Position numbers and translations under genes: made by a program | Shown here: piece by piece, positions 61,843 to 64,000 of the stretch | How the letters are laid out: each line of letters begins with the position of its first letter | Position numbering within the stretch: the stretch's first letter is position 1 | Notes under the pieces: model-generated | Told to the model about the DNA's origin: nothing | The model's database searches: none | Seen by the model: the letters and a program-made list of their open reading frames with translations, nothing else | From: the human T2T-CHM13v2.0 reference genome, Homo sapiens | Assembly (NCBI RefSeq): GCF_009914755.1 | Contig: NC_060925.1 | Length of the DNA stretch: 64,000 bases | Reading direction: 5' to 3' (one strand)

Positions 61843-62622
61843 TAGTGCCACATTATTTCCTGCATAATCTTATTTTAGAGGTTTGTATGTCTCCTGCAAT
61901 TCATGCTTGTGTCTGCCTCCACACTGGATTATACATTTCTAAAAGCTGATTATATCTAACTTGCCTTTGAATTCCTAGTATTGGTGACCATGTCTTACAT
62001 ATGACAAGGGCTTAATAATTTTTGTTGAATAAAAACAAATGAATAAATTTATATTTGTTGTAAAGATATTTTTATCAGTCAGCAGAAATTGTTGACACTA
62101 AACAAAGGTGCTTTGGAGGTATATTATCAATCATAATTTTACCCAAGTTAAGGAAAGAATGAGGGCTTCTGATCCCTGAGTAATTAATGCCCCACATATA
62201 TCAAGAAACAGGTGGTTAATAACTACGTTTTAGAAAACAAGAAAATTATAAAGCAAGAATAAATTTCTCAAATGCATCATTTATTTGTGCATCAAGTCAA
62301 CAAGTAACTAGTGAGTTCCCATTAATGATACATATTATGCATACTCCTGAATTTACAGTGATAATAAAAATAGCCTAGACTTTGCTCTCATGGAAGTTCC
62401 AAGTCCAGCTAGGAAGACAGACACTTATCTGGTAATCATCCAAATATAAATTTACAAGCTGAGGTCCTTGTTAGGGCAGTAAAGCACAGATAATTACGAA
62501 AAAAATGATATGGAGGCACCTAATGTGTTTTTTCTTTTTCATGTTTTTTGGGGATATTTGGTTAGTTGATTTGATATTTTGGCATTTGCATTAATGTAGT
62601 TTTATTTATTCTGGAAAAATAA

Positions 62623-62970
<348 letters not shown>

Positions 62971-64000
62971 TGAGGGAAAGGAAATTCCTTGGAAACAAGT
63001 GGGTGAACTTTCTGCTGTCTTAACCAAGTAAAAATGATAGAGTCAAATAAGCCTTCTGTTTACATCCATTAATCACCACTTCTACTTATTTAACAGGGAG
63101 ATGTTTATGTGCACTAAATATAGTTTATCCTGCTAAGTGATTGTCTGCAAGCTTTCTTTATTCTCCTCTACTTAAATGAAGTATTAATTATATATGTACA
63201 TATATTTATTCTTTTAAGTACAAATTTATCTGAAATATATTAGGGAGAAACATAAAGGATTTGATGTGTATGGGAAGAACCAAAATACATTCATAAAAAG
63301 GAAGGTTATGGTCATGTTAGTGAGATCAAGTTGGTTTTGTCAGCTAAGCTACTGCTTGGAAAGAGGAGGGGGTGACAGGCGTCGGGCAGACTCTGGGGAA
63401 GCATCTCTTAGCCAAATGCATTCTGGAAAAGGGATTCCAGAGCCGTGTAATTTTTTTAAAAAGTCATATCATTTAATAATTCAAGACTATTAATAAATTT
63501 GTTAACATTTAAATATGTTAACATCAAATGTATTTTGAAAATAAAATCCATTTAATTTATTCATTTTCCCTAAATATTACTGAGATAAATTACCAATTAA
63601 ACACAGAAGATGACAATACTTAAAAATGCATTTCCCAATAGGGAAACTCCCAATACACTTTATAATAATCATTCAATTAAAAGTAAGTAAAGAGTAAACA
63701 AAAAATTTAAGATAAAAACAAAAATACAAAATGGAATGAGTGTTTTTTAAAATGTGCGAAAGCTACAATTTTATCAATATGTTTGCTTGCATTTCATTTT
63801 TTAACGTGGTATAACTTATAAATGAAACACTACCAAAATATATGGTGCTAAAAATAATAAAGTAAATAATAAAAGAAACAAATCCCTAGAGTTATTAGAC
63901 TTTTCCCATAGCAATCTCAATCCTTGCCAAATTCTATGTCATTAGCATAATTTCAGTGGCTTTAACTGACATGTTAGGAATGAATGAGGGCTTAGGATAC

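Overview
Human (Alu-rich primate) genomic DNA from the 5' half of PTPRC (CD45, leukocyte common antigen), gene on the + strand. Positions 1-48259 are the distal part of the very long intron 2. Exons 3-9 follow (27, 198, 141, 144, 75, 27 and 219 nt, all phase 1-1), including the alternatively spliced exons 4/5/6 (A/B/C). Intron 2 carries an antisense, full-length processed PEBP1 (RKIP) pseudogene with TSDs, an internal Alu and a CpG-rich 5' end. It also holds a ~555-bp local duplication whose second copy is flanked by a 15-bp TSD, has no poly(A) tail and interrupts a MIR. Intron 3 holds an MLT2A (HERV-L) solo LTR that provides an in-frame alternative terminal exon. The rest is Alu, MIR, L2, L1M, MER elements and microsatellites. 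This is a well-studied locus and I see no new multi-gene system. The most novel-looking items are the TSD-flanked duplication, the retrocopy-seeded antisense CpG island and the LTR-derived short secreted isoform. Repeat subfamily calls, identities and literature links come from eye alignment and memory and need tool confirmation.
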